From the NCBI GenBank assembly GCA_036172245.1, contig JAYWIR010000042.1:682001-746000 (forward strand): 64,000 bases of DNA, given 5' to 3'. Source of the stretch: Raillietiella orientalis (lineage: Eukaryota). The notes under the pieces were generated by a model. That model saw only the letters and a program-made list of their open reading frames with translations. It had not been told where the DNA came from and ran no database searches. Positions 42,468 to 55,000 of this stretch are shown here, piece by piece; the stretch's first letter is position 1, and each line of letters begins with the position of its first letter. The translations under genes were made by a program, and so were the position numbers.

Positions 42468-43169
42468 GATTGATATTCAGGCAAAAATCTGAAGCAGTAC
42501 CTCTGAGTGGATATCACGGGGAATCGCGCATGGGTCTGGCACGAAGCACGCGGTCTACTGAATCTGAAATCCACTGAAATATTGATCTTCGGATTTGCTT
42601 GTTATCCCCACTTTAAAATCTCGTTCACTATCCAACGGGAGGACATTTCGGGTGCAAAACATCTTCCGATATCCATACAATTATCTAACATAATAATATT
42701 TGGTATGCAATAGCACGTATTTCACGACTGAGGAAGTGGAGGTGATTTTAAAAGAGACATTCACAACAAAATTCATTCAAGGCATTCACAGATGAAAAAG
42801 ATTGAAAGAGGGTGCGAAATCCACAATAGGATGAAGAATGATGACACAACTGATTGATTGCCACTTTATACAGTGAATCCCTAAAATCATATTCAAAAAC
42901 TTGCAGCTGCTCCTAAGACTAAGTGGCCAGTATTTGGGAAACCAGGACTTCAATAAAATTCGGCAACGATCTGAGGAGGGTCATCCATAAATGCTACAGT
43001 CAAGCACCGCTGCCGAGTTCTGTTTTTTACTCTGTACAACCAGAATGATTACAAGAAAGCTTAGACTAGGTTGATGAGAAGTGACAAACAGCACCGAAGA
43101 AAATCTTGGCTCCTGGCAACGGTGGCATTTATGGTAAGTGGCGTCATTCGCAGAAAAGCCGACACTCAG

Positions 43170-43400
43170 ATGTGGCCCAGCAGATGATTAATCGCATCAT
43201 GTAAAAGTTCAGCTGAATACTGAAGCGGCGGAGCTGTTCCATCCGTTCCCATCAACCACAGAGGCTTTCCAAATCCGGAAGACAGGAAACTCCGTGGTCT
43301 CTATGGGATCAGCCTTGTCTGGAAATAAGAGATTATATTTGCAGACGAACTGGTCTGGCTTGGGCAAGGACGCTCTCTGCATGTCACTATAGAACTTTGG
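43170..43400 (+). mobile_element. Decayed THAP zinc-finger (DNA-transposon-derived) fragment
   Basis: PSR*LIASCKS (MPxxCxVxxC with Cys changed to stop), LFHPFP, frameshifted WISLV, NWS and LCxxH in THAP order. Confidence 0.4.
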
Positions 43401-46023
43401 TCACTCAGACACGCGAACACGGCTGCGGATCGAGGCCAGTCTTTCGGGGCAGCCTCACGCAAGAGGAAGACTTAAAAAAACCAGTTACCATCGAGCTACC
43501 TCGCCATTCCACTACTCACACTCGGGCAGGAGGTCACCGAAAAACCCGAGGATCATCCAGTCACTTTTCCTGTGGCGACGGAGCCATTCGGTCTTCCCCT
43601 AACCGGGAGATGTGGAACCAAGAACAACCCGGTTCCGGATGCTTGAAGACATACACCTGAACTCGCGATTAGAAAAGTGAACAAAAACGAAACAGCAATC
43701 AAATCTTCCTCTACGTAGAAGGGTACTCTTATTGCAAACTCTTATACATCAGCGCCCACGCACTTTTTCGAAAGATGTCCGCAAGTCTCACTAACCAGGC
43801 TTTGCCGTGTCAGCAGAGTCCCCGTCATCTGTAGTCTTGCCCGCGAGTATGTCTGCAGCATCGATCTGCCGAAGGCTGTATGTCGCTGCCTCTGCTGCAT
43901 TTGTGACCACGCACTCTTCCTTCCCAGTGTAAGAGGCGAGAAAACGTACGCTCCCCTTATGAAGAACGAGGAAGGCAAAGAAAGTACACCACGGGCCTTC
44001 CGTTACATGAATTCGACCTTATCCAACGGAGCGCCCCTGCGCCGGTCGATTTCTTTCCGCAGAAGAAGTTCCATTCGTTGAGTCTCTAGGGGATGGTAGC
44101 AGAGGCTGGCAAGTCAAGGAGCGCAGTCATCATAGAGCCCTGGGAAGAGCAATGCTGCGGGCACATTCGAAAAAGCTTGAGCTGAAGCGGAGGAGAGGTC
44201 AGTCCAGAGTGAATCCAGATACCCTCAAAAACTCTCTCCGCACCCATCTGAAGCTCCCTTGGAAGCTTTTTCTCATCTCCTTGATCCTCTTCGTCAGTGT
44301 GGTGAGTCTCTCTCAGAACCTTGTGTTCTCCGCTCCGTGTGGCAAACTCAACCACGAACTCCTCTTCAATGAGCAATCCAACTCTACTGAATCTCGTATC
44401 CGCAAACTGGAAGAGCCCCAGAGCACTGTCTCTGTTCACGTTTGAGTGGCTCGTTTGAGTGGATACAGTGTCACCAGCGCGTGCCGGGATAACTCCAGGA
44501 TGGTGCACGGAAGTTCAAGGTGACTCCGACAACCAGGAGGAGCTCACATCCAGATAGTCGAGAACTTTTGTGGCGGTAGCACGTCTTCCGTGGAATCTTC
44601 TGAGGCCTGTGTTCGCTAGGTCACTGGGGATGATGATGCAGGCTACGCTGCAGCAAACGACGTAAAGAGACACAAAGGGATAAAACTAGTTCTCGTTTTT
44701 CATTCGCTCTTGTTGTAATGGAAGGCTCCTGGCGAAGCGGCCCAGCCATGCGACGCATGCAGAAAACGGGATCCGGGTGTCCGCGGCATTCACAAAAGCT
44801 TGGCGAGGGGGGTGAAATGGATGCTGGAGGAGGGGCTACCGGCATGATCGGGATGAATGCGATGTTCTTGGAAACGCGGTTATTGGGTGAATCGCTTCAG
44901 AAAAGACGTTCTGTGGACGAAGTGAGAACGGCCGGACTGTGGATTGAGTTTTCTCCTCTTCTCCTTTCTCTCCTTCCTTCCCTGACCGAGAGCGAGAGGA
45001 ACAAATGGAATTTCGATGCCGTTATAGGCAAACGTTCCAAGCATGGGCAATGGAAAGCGGTTTCGGCAAAAAAAACGTGTTGCTCCCGACAGCCAAAGGG
45101 CAATCCAGGAAGAAAAATGGTGCAAAATGAGTGCGACTTATGAGCTACTCGAGGAGCGCAATTTAATCGAGTGATGGTGCCTTCGCGTCGCCTGAGTTGA
45201 GCTCCCAAAAAGACGTCTCTCCGTATCGTCGGGGCGGGCGTGCTTCCTCGCGATGCTGAGGCGTGTGGAGGAAGCCGAGTCGCCACGCAGCTCATTCTGG
45301 TGATCCTGAGCATTCCGACCACCCAATCGGAGCTCGTGACTGAAGTCGCATCCGCTGCTGCTTCTCAAGATACGCACAGGGTTCGGAGGAAGAGCGAGCC
45401 GGACCTTCGTCCTCCGGGGAAAAAAGAGAATTGAATGAACCGACAGCCCCTTCGATGCTTCAGACTGTAAACAAAGGTGCGAAAGAGAACGGCTGTCCAG
45501 GATGCTTCCTGGAGATGAACGATGTGTGAACACGACAGTGCACTTCAGTGGATCTACTCTTGTCGCGCCACTTTCGAATTCTGGAAGGCCTGCAGGAGAA
45601 AAAGATCTCAGAAAAGGGATTCCTTCAAAAGCGTCCTTGCCATGACGAGGTTCACGGCCACACCACGCTGAAAGCACCATGACGAGGTACCTGTGAAATT
45701 AGACGGCATTTGACATGGACCTCTCAAGTTTGATCATGATGCTCTCCAAGAAGCGCGCAGCTCAAACCACGGGACAGTTTTTGATTTTTCGCTTTTTGGT
45801 TTTCGATCGTAAGAGTGTCGAAGCGCATCGCCAGCGAGCCGCCCTCCAAGGAACCCGGATCTTTGAGATGACGCATGCCTGAGAGAACATTCTACAGCCT
45901 GCTTCTGAGTGCTTCGTCTTTTTTTCTCTTTCGATCCTTTTCTGCAGCAGTGATGTCTTGGCTCATTTTTGGATCCATGAAAGAAAGGAACTCGTGGACG
46001 ATTAGTTCGATAGTCTTGATGTG

Positions 46024-49000
46024 ATGATGATGTTACAAACAGCAATATTCACGTGGACTCTGCTAATTTCCTTTTGCTTGGCAGTTTCCGTTCAAGGACC
46101 TCACGAAAGAAGGCTACTCAACCATTTGATGACCGAATACAATATCTGGGAGCGGCCCGTCTCCAACGAATCGGAACCAATTCAAGTGTCCTTTCGGCTA
46201 ACTCTTGTACAGATCATCAACGTGGTAAATGGAAAATTTTTTGCAATCGCTTATATTTTCCTCTTTTTTCCAACGCTTCTCTTGTAATTCCATGGGTGTC
46301 TTTTCGCTCTGAGGTTCACGAAGCTCCATGGAAACCAAAAGCGCCAACTTATTTTCCATGTCTTGATGCTTCCAGTTTGACTCTCGACCGCGCGGCAACT
46401 GAATGAAGATGATCTTCTGGTATTTGCAAGACGCTGTCGCTTGCTTGGAAGCACAAAGTGTTCCACAGCAAATTCTTCTAGTAACTGAATGTATCGGTCT
46501 CTTTACTATGGAAACGTTGCGTTTAGCTGGATGACCTTGCGAAATCAAGGTCTCTCTCACCGCTGACACCTCTTTTCTCCTTTCGTTTGCTATGAGCTCT
46601 TCCTATTCTTTCTATGAGCTTCACGGTGAACCGGACTACAGGCACAGCATGATGGATGCTCTGCTACAGAACAGGAGAACGCATATAGAAATCATCGCAA
46701 GGTGGCCATGTTCGCAGCACCATCAGTTTTCTTCGAGCTAACTCGCAAGGATGCTCAAAATTACCACTTTTTCCGGAACCGTCACTAATCTTCAGGTGTT
46801 TTTGACTCTTTCATCCGAACTCATCTCTCTGAAAGAAAGTGTAAGAAAGTCCAAAATAATTCCTCAGTCGAAAGAAGGTCGTTCAAAACAAGAAATAGCA
46901 TATGCGATATTTTGATATAATCAGAAATAACTTTGACACAGCTAGAAGTGAAGATGGACTAACGAATGCTGCGTCATTATATCTTTCGAAGAAGCAAATT
47001 TTGCGTCCGAAGGAAAAACGCAAATGTGAACCGCTTACTAATAATAACAGATTCATGAAAGTTCCAATATCAGGCGGGAATCAATAGAAGATTATTAAAG
47101 AACTCTGCTGCATGAAAGGCACGGCTGCAACAGCTGCTCGATGATTTCGAGAGTAGGTGAAGATTTTTATTTCTGAGCCTTAGAAACGGAAAAAGAAATC
47201 CTCTTTTCGGCAATTCTCCAATGATCACGCAAGTTCACTGAGCTGACGCTGGTAAGATGCTGTTTCGACAACGTGCGGTACATATAAATCAGGAAGACAA
47301 GTATGCGTGTTACATATGTGTCAAGTATACATGAACGAGAAAATAACGGTGTAGAAGAATACAAAAGACGAGCACAATCCCGAGCTCGGTGATTCCGCTT
47401 GTCCAAAAAGACGTGATCTGGAAATTGCTGGTAGACAAAGCGTCAAGACCAAAGCTGAGATGTAAAACTTGTCTTTCAAAGTGAAAAATGCGTTTTTGAA
47501 GAAACTGAACCAGCCATTGCCAGCTTCCTGGTTCATTGGCAAGGGGAAAAGGAAAACAGCAGATGAACAACCCTTTAGCCATCATCGGCAGCGTCCGATG
47601 AACTGAGAATTTAATTTTCGTGGGAAGCATTTCAGTACATCGTATTTATGATTCAGAGCTACGTGCAATTATGTCGTAGCATTGCCTTTGCTCATAGTTT
47701 ACATGTCACCGGTTAGAAAGGCACTCTGACTGTCAGTGAGGACACCTGTTTGACACTGCAATTAGTGTATTCTGGGTAAAAGTACTGGCAGAGAACACGA
47801 ATGCCACCTGAATTTCATCTCTGGACGTGGCTGTGGGATTTTATCTTTGGCGACCAAATGAAGGAAATTCGAGTCCTTGAGGAGCTGGCACGGATGAGAG
47901 ATCTTCTCAAGGCAAAAGTGAGGTGGATGTTACTTTATACTATCCAATTGCAGCCTCAGACAAGAGAGAAAGCGACGCGAGGGAGCCCATTGGAATGAGC
48001 AGCTACTGATCATGCGATGGAATCTGCATCGCACAAGTTCCAATGCTTCCGTTTGCAAGCATGTGAAGAATTTCCAGCATTCAGCGCATGAAGTAACGAA
48101 AGTCCTTGTATTTGCATCGATTCCATCGTCGCTGCGAAGCACCTCGCAATGTTGAAGACAGTGAACCCCATCAGGATAAAGGAAAGAACGGTTCCAAAGA
48201 TCTGCACATGGACCATTCGAAAAGCAGTGGCGGGCTCGAGGAGTGTTCCGGAGAACACTGTTCGCTGCACGAACTTGGTTCCTCCAATCATAGTCTCGGA
48301 GCTCCTTGATATGAACAAGTTTCACACATCGAGAACATCACATCTGCTTCTTCGCATCGCGTCTCGGACTTTGGAGGAAATTCTGGCCAAATTGAAGGCT
48401 AGCTATGGCAGGGAAATTCGCGCATTCATTTCAAATTTCATACTGGCTTTCTGGAACTGATTTTCCTGAAACTCCTCCTTGCAGGGTGACTTCGCACAGC
48501 AGTGTGTTTTAGAAAGCAACATCTAAAGAATTCAGCAGATTTAGTCCATGGTTGTTCCGTTTAAAAGGAGCGAACCGCGGAGTTGTAGAAATAGTGAACT
48601 TTCCATAATGGAGAGCAACGTTCGTTCTTAGCAAGCGGCAAGCACACCCATTTGCCATTGTTTTTCCATGAGGATGACTGTTCCTTCTTCTTCAAGCAGA
48701 AACAGTCATTCTTTCACTCATTTCCTCGGAAAATTCAGTGGTGATGAGCTCCAAAGTTCACATTCAGGTGGATTCAGAATTCTTCCTCTATGTGCATTTC
48801 CTCTAAACCTTCTTTCCTCTATGTGCGGATCTAGGTAGTTCGTTTGCTAGTCAAAAGCTCGTTCCTCAAAGTTCTTTCTCCTCTCTCATCTTTTGAGGCT
48901 GAGCAGAAGCGCGCTGTCAACTTGTGAAGGTTTTCGTTTTTTTTTGTTTTTTTTCACGACATCTGCGAGCGTTTATGGCCTACGATTATTTGCTTCGATT

Positions 49001-52000
49001 TCTATGTGAAACGTCCTCGTGCGCTCCATCCGAGCCCTATTGCCATGTTGTTTGCTCCTCCGATTTTGGCTAGCAACCCTTTGAATCAGTCGTTTCTACC
49101 CGGCCAGACTTTCTGTTCGCTTTCTCATTATCGAGCATCCCTTCGCTTCAACTCTACAGATCCCTGATTCCCTTCTCGCTCACGGTACTTTCGAGTGCCG
49201 TTGTCATAGCACTCAGTCTATTTTCCACGCTGTTTTAACAAAATCCTGCAAACTCCTGTGTCCTCGATGAGTGGCTTTCTTTGCGGGAACAAACCAACGT
49301 AAATCCTCACAGAGACTGTGCTCTCCTTCCCACTCAGCATTTGGACATGCCTAACTTATGCTAAACCGTGTCACCATGTAATTGCTGCATGCTTCTGGGA
49401 ACTGGGAAAGCAGTAAGACCCGCAGATAATAAATAGGTTGCTCAGATAACCTACAGGTTTGCCTTCCTTTTAGAAATAAGAAAATCTTCCGCCTTGTTCC
49501 TGAGGCATGAGTCGTACTTAAGTTTGACCTTGTTGGAATCGCACATTATGTTGTCCCTCGAGCGAAGGAATGGCATGTGCTGCCAGATTCCATACAGAAT
49601 TCAAAATTTGCGGGAATCCAGAGTTCTTGTCTAATAAAACACCAATCTTTCCAGTCTTCTAGAAACAGATTGCCTTCAAAAGCTGGCTGTGACTGCATGA
49701 GACTTGATAAAACTCGCATCTCTCCTTTACATGGAGTAGTACACTCGTGTAGATGACATTGAGCTAAGTGTGCAGACTAAACCAAGAGAGACAGACAGAA
49801 ATCAGACCGACACCTAAAGATATTCCTCTAAAAGTTCATAGTTTTGTAAACTCCATATACCTCATCAGACTTGAGGAAACTTGGCAAGTTGATACACTCT
49901 TAGGCAGCACGAAAACGGTGAAACAAATCGAGCAGGTAGCCAACAACATCCAAAGAAAACTAGCAGCTTCTGTGTCATTGTCTTCCATTTTTCCACGTCC
50001 TCTCAGAAGCTGCATCACAGAGAAAAGGACCTTTCTTCTTTCTCCCAGGAAAAAGCAGCAAGGTTTTTCCTCCGTTCGGTTTTCGGAGTTCAACGAGATG
50101 GAGCCTCGGAACGAACCCTTTCATGAACTGACCAAGCCTTAGGGAGGTGCTCTGGTGCATCGCGCATCACCTACCAGAGAGTCTGCTTATCGCTTGCAAA
50201 CGGACTGCCTACGATTAACAGACCTTCTGAAGAGTTTCCAAAAGCCACGGATGTGCAGTTGTGAATACAGCAGCAGATGGCACTTCCGATGGTGGTTGTC
50301 GAGCAGCTCAAGTAATCACGAGATCTCAGTTCGGAAAAATCCAGTTCTCAGTTTGCTTTTGTTTCTTGCCGGCAGGGAACCTCTGACAAGGAACAAATGC
50401 CCACTGACAAGTTGCTTTTGGGGTCAAACAGCTGCTGTTATGTGCTGCATTGTAAAGCCAACTCCGTATGAAACAGCATCTTCTGCTATGTGACACTGAA
50501 TCCCTGAGCAAGGTCGGAAACTGGCGGCCGCTTCATTTTCTTGAAATTTCTAATTGGATGTGTACGTGACCTATGCATTTGTTCTGGAAACCGGTTAGGC
50601 ACAGGACAGCACAGCTGTGATCATGCATTATGGCAGGAAAAGGATCCTCGAAAAGCATGTGTGACTGCGGCAGGGGCAGATCACTGAGGATTCTCCAGAT
50701 TCAAGCCACAGTTGTCTGCAGGGAACCAGCCATTTGAACGAGACCGCCTCACTTTCTCAGAAGGCATCTGAATCAATTGCAAGATGCCGTGAAACGCGAT
50801 CAAATGGAGATCATGCACTTAAAGGGAGCCCATCAGATCTCTGCCTCCAACGTTAAGAGCAATTCTCTTCCCCTCATATTCCCCCATTACCTTTCGATTT
50901 CTACAAACCTCATGATGCAGATTACTCTCAAATGTAGAAGCCATAAAAGAGGAGTCCCCTGACTCCTGGGAAGGCCGCGCTGAAATCCAGACAGACCCAC
51001 AGCTTTCGGATGACCTTCTCTTTTTCTCCGGAAATCAAAGTTACAGTTACTGTTCCCTGCGACCATGACACATTCCTTTGCTCTGTGCCGCGTGCGCTGA
51101 GATTACTCAGCTGCCCTGCACATTCGTAGGATTCCTCGCATCCGGTGCTTCTTGTTCGCTCCTTGGCGCGAACTGGGTGCAATGAGGAGGGCCGGCAATG
51201 CTGGCGGCAGCATCCGTATCCTCAGAGGAAAGGTCACGTTTTCTCCCAGGATCCACGGCGGCGTTTCCGCAACGGCTGCACTAACAAAGAACCCCGCCTG
51301 TTTCCTACCTCGCGCGAGAGAGCCACGTGGTCGTTGCCTCCGAGGAAGCTTCCGCCAAAACGCGCGCGGTGACCTCGAAAACTCCACAGCCAAGTGCCGC
51401 CGGCTCGTTGGGTTGACTCTACGGGGTTCATTCGGGCGCGGTCGCGGGTTACTTCGGCAAAGTGTTGGGAGCCTGAGGATGACGAAGGTAGCGAAAGAAA
51501 ACGCTCTTCGCGTTCCCTTGTTCGCGCTCTTCGAGGGATCCGGAGCTCCGATCAAAAGGTGGACCAAGCGGCAACTCATCTCTGCATCCTGTTCCTAAAC
51601 GCGTACGGAATGCTTTCGCGGAAGCATCGACGGGTTCCAGACGCGCGCAGCGGGCCGGGGGAATCGACACCGCAGGAAAATCCATTTTGGTTAACTCGGA
51701 TACGGAGACTGGCTCAGAATCCCGTGTGCCCAATTAGCTCCCCAATGTTCCCTGCTCTTGATGTTCGCTTCCGGATTTTTTCTCCCTCGTTTGACTTACC
51801 ACTCTGGTATCCTTCCTTCTCCTCTTTCCACGGATCTGGATGTTTTGAAAGCTTCTTTTCGATAAGCCGGAGATTGGTTCCGTTGGGCTTCCTCGAGAAC
51901 GCTTCGGGGAACGAATCCTGAGCATCCAGGGGGCGCACACTTCGTTCCTGCAAATCTACAAATGTGGATTTTCGAAGACGGGAACCTCCCCGGAGGATCT

Positions 52001-55000
52001 TCTGAGACTTGGTTGTCTCCGTTTCACCTGCAGACAATCCCTGTTCGCCGTCGCGAGATGAGCTCCTAGATAGTCGGAGAAGCGCGCGGTGTGCGGGACT
52101 AGCTGGTTGTCTAGCCCTCACCGTGCGCTCACAAGCGGAAGCGGAAGAAAAGCTCAAACGGCCAGAAGACGCCGCCAGAAGAGATGCCCTCTCCTTCCTT
52201 CCTTCTTTCCTCCCTCCTTCCTCTCGAGATCGCGGCCATCTAACCTCCAGTTCTTCTGGCATTGCGGGTTCGGTGCAGTCACAGGCCTGCGGAGCCTTGC
52301 AGGAGGTCGGCATCTTCTGCAGCCGCGGTCCTGTTTTCCATCCTCGACCATCCCGTCTGGGTAGTCTCCGCGGATGAATCTTTCATCGGGAAACAGGATG
52401 CGTCTTTCCGCAGCATGGGAGGTGTCGGTGTCCTTTAGCATCCGACGCAGCCGGGATGCATACGAGAGGCTCCAGCTAGAACGGCCGAGCACAGGCTCAC
52501 GTAGCCATTGCTTTACAAGCCCTCTGCTGATTCCTTTGTGAGGCCGAGGCTCGGGCTGCCACGTCGGTCCCAAAGAGAAAAGCCCTCAAGGTCACGAACT
52601 CGGATCGGAACTCCCGTGCTGCGCGAGCACGCCAACAGGACGCGCACAGTGCAGCGTAGCAGGAGCTACTGATGCCACCATTTTCAACGAAAATGGGCAA
52701 AGAGGACTCTGTGGAGAGAGGCAAACATTCGTGTCTGGTTCTTCGGAAGCAGCAGTGGAGAAAGCAAGAGAACGAACCAGGGTCCGAGCAGCTTGTTGGC
52801 CAACAAGAGCGCCGTCCACCTAGGCCTAGAGTCCATAAAGTTGCACGTGAAAAGCAGGGAAAACCTAAGCGCATCTACGGATCAGGAAAGCTCAATGCTT
52901 GCGCATGATTTCAAGAAAGCCGCGTGGAACCATGGAAGAGGATAAGCCGTGTGTGACCTCTCCTATGCTCACTTGCTTCTGAGTTTTCCAGGGAAGTTTC
53001 CGAACGCTTAACTTCGGTCTGTTTACTCTCCCCTCCTTCAAGGAGCGCGCTGTTGTCTCTGGGAACACAGATATGACCTACTCGCGCCTCTTCCCAGATA
53101 GTTTCGCTCCGGCCAGTTCGCCTCCCTGACTTGGGAATCCTCGGAACGATCTCAGAAGGGAAATTGTTTCCATGCCTCCACATGCCAATGCGCATAAATC
53201 CTGCATTAAGAGACCAGCACCTCCGTGTCACATATGAAAGAGAGACAGAATAGGAGATCCAAGGACTGAATAAGGCAGTGCTTCTAGACAGCTTCAGCAA
53301 TGGCACTGCTCTCACCAGGTCGATCCCTGACCTTTCTTCGAAGAAAAGTAAGAGATCAGTGATCATTTCGTATCCCCACCAGAGCTCTTTAGGAGGAGGG
53401 TTGGGAATGATCCCAGGTTTCCGTTCCTCTTCCTCATGCAGAGCTACAATTTCCTATAACGCACAAAAATGTCAGCACAGCCTGGCGAGCTGCCCTCCGA
53501 CTTTCCTGCGGGGTTCCCAGCTTTCGGGACACTTTTCTTCCCCCTTTCCTCTTCCCCTTCCGGAGAGATTGCAAGCGCTTGCTTTCCAGCGGACAGCACA
53601 TCATAGGGCACCCCCGGAAATGCCCCATCTTTTCCCTCCGCGAGTATCTCGCCAGGGAGATGGTCTCCCGGAGACAGCAAAGCCGTCCCAACTAGGAAGG
53701 GATCAGAGCAAGGAGCTTCTCTCTGCGCCCTTCCTTGTTCCAGGAGAAAGGCACCGATCCTCCGCGCTCTCCCCTCCAGTAGGATTCCGCAGGGAGTTCT
53801 GGCCACAGCCCTCAGTGGCTAAAGTCATTTCCGTGTGAAACGGAAGCTCCGGTGCCTTTCTGAGCAGACTCCGCCCCAAGACGCTTCGTTTCGAGGATAA
53901 GGATGGACGATCGAGAAAGGGATCGGCCTGGAGGTCTCCGATCCTCGACACCTCCACTCATCCCTTCGTCCACTGGAAAGGCGGGAGGAGGGGAGAATCC
54001 CATCCCGGCGTCATCACGTTCCCCGTGTGCCTGCAGCGAGACGGGAAATCTCGGGGAGGACTCGCTCTGGAGTGAGCTGGCCGGCAGTGGCTCCGAGGGA
54101 GGGCACTATTTTCGCGTTCTAAGAAAAAGGAGGGAGAGCAGGGGGTGAAGCCCGCAGGCCCGTTGCATTCCGTTCTCTCTTCGTGACTCCTTTGTCTTAA
54201 ACCCCTCGACTACTCACAGCTTCAAAGGTCGCTCTTCGTGGAAGTCTTGAGGGAATGGAGGGAAGCAAGAGCTACCTACACAAAGAGCCCACCCCTTTTT
54301 TCCCACCCCACCCTTTCAGTTTCGTTTTTTTTTTTCTCTGTTTCATCCCACGAAGGACGAGAAGAACCAGATCCTGATGACCAGCTGCTGGGTGAACATG
54401 GTGAGTTTGGTCGGGGAAGTCGGGGGCAACCCAGTCGATGAGGCTGGCTGAAAATAAAGTAAGGAAGAGAAACGAGAGCGGGAAAGGGCAGATTGAAAGC
54501 GCGAGGGGGAAGGATCGGCTGGAATTTGGGTGGGAGACTGGAGGAGGAGGATGAAGGATCAATTGACCCTTATCCGAGTCGTCCTCGCTTTCCCCTTCGA
54601 GACCACGCCAGTTGGGACTCCTTCGTTCCTAAAAGAACACGAAGAAGTCCCGAAAGTAAATCCAAATGTGCTTTTGGCCTCACCTCAATCTCTCCTTATC
54701 CTTTCTTGTGTCCATGCTTGTGAAAGTTACCAGAGAGACCGTATGTTCTTTCCCGGGGGGGAAGAGATGACGGCAGTGTTACCGAAAAAACCCTTAGCTC
54801 GAGAAGGACGACCTTCAGGGGCAAGGCGCGAGGTTCCTCAGGGAAGCTACCTTTTCCTGAAAGCGATTGGAGCTTCCAAGAAGATGATTCTCTCCATTCT
54901 TCCCGCAGCCCTCACAGGCGGAAACAGGGAACTGCGTATCTCTCCGGGCGCAGAGGAGCACTTCACGCAGGATCCGACTGCAGGGATCTCCAGGCACTTC

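Noticed and set aside
44152..44307. ORF with hydrophobic LPWKLFLISLILFVSV followed by a perfect GTGAGT donor at 44302, as candidate nAChR exon 1
   Set aside because: That donor is phase 0 but exon 2 needs phase 1. Only a weak GTGTGG at 44297 gives the right phase. Not supportable without transcripts.
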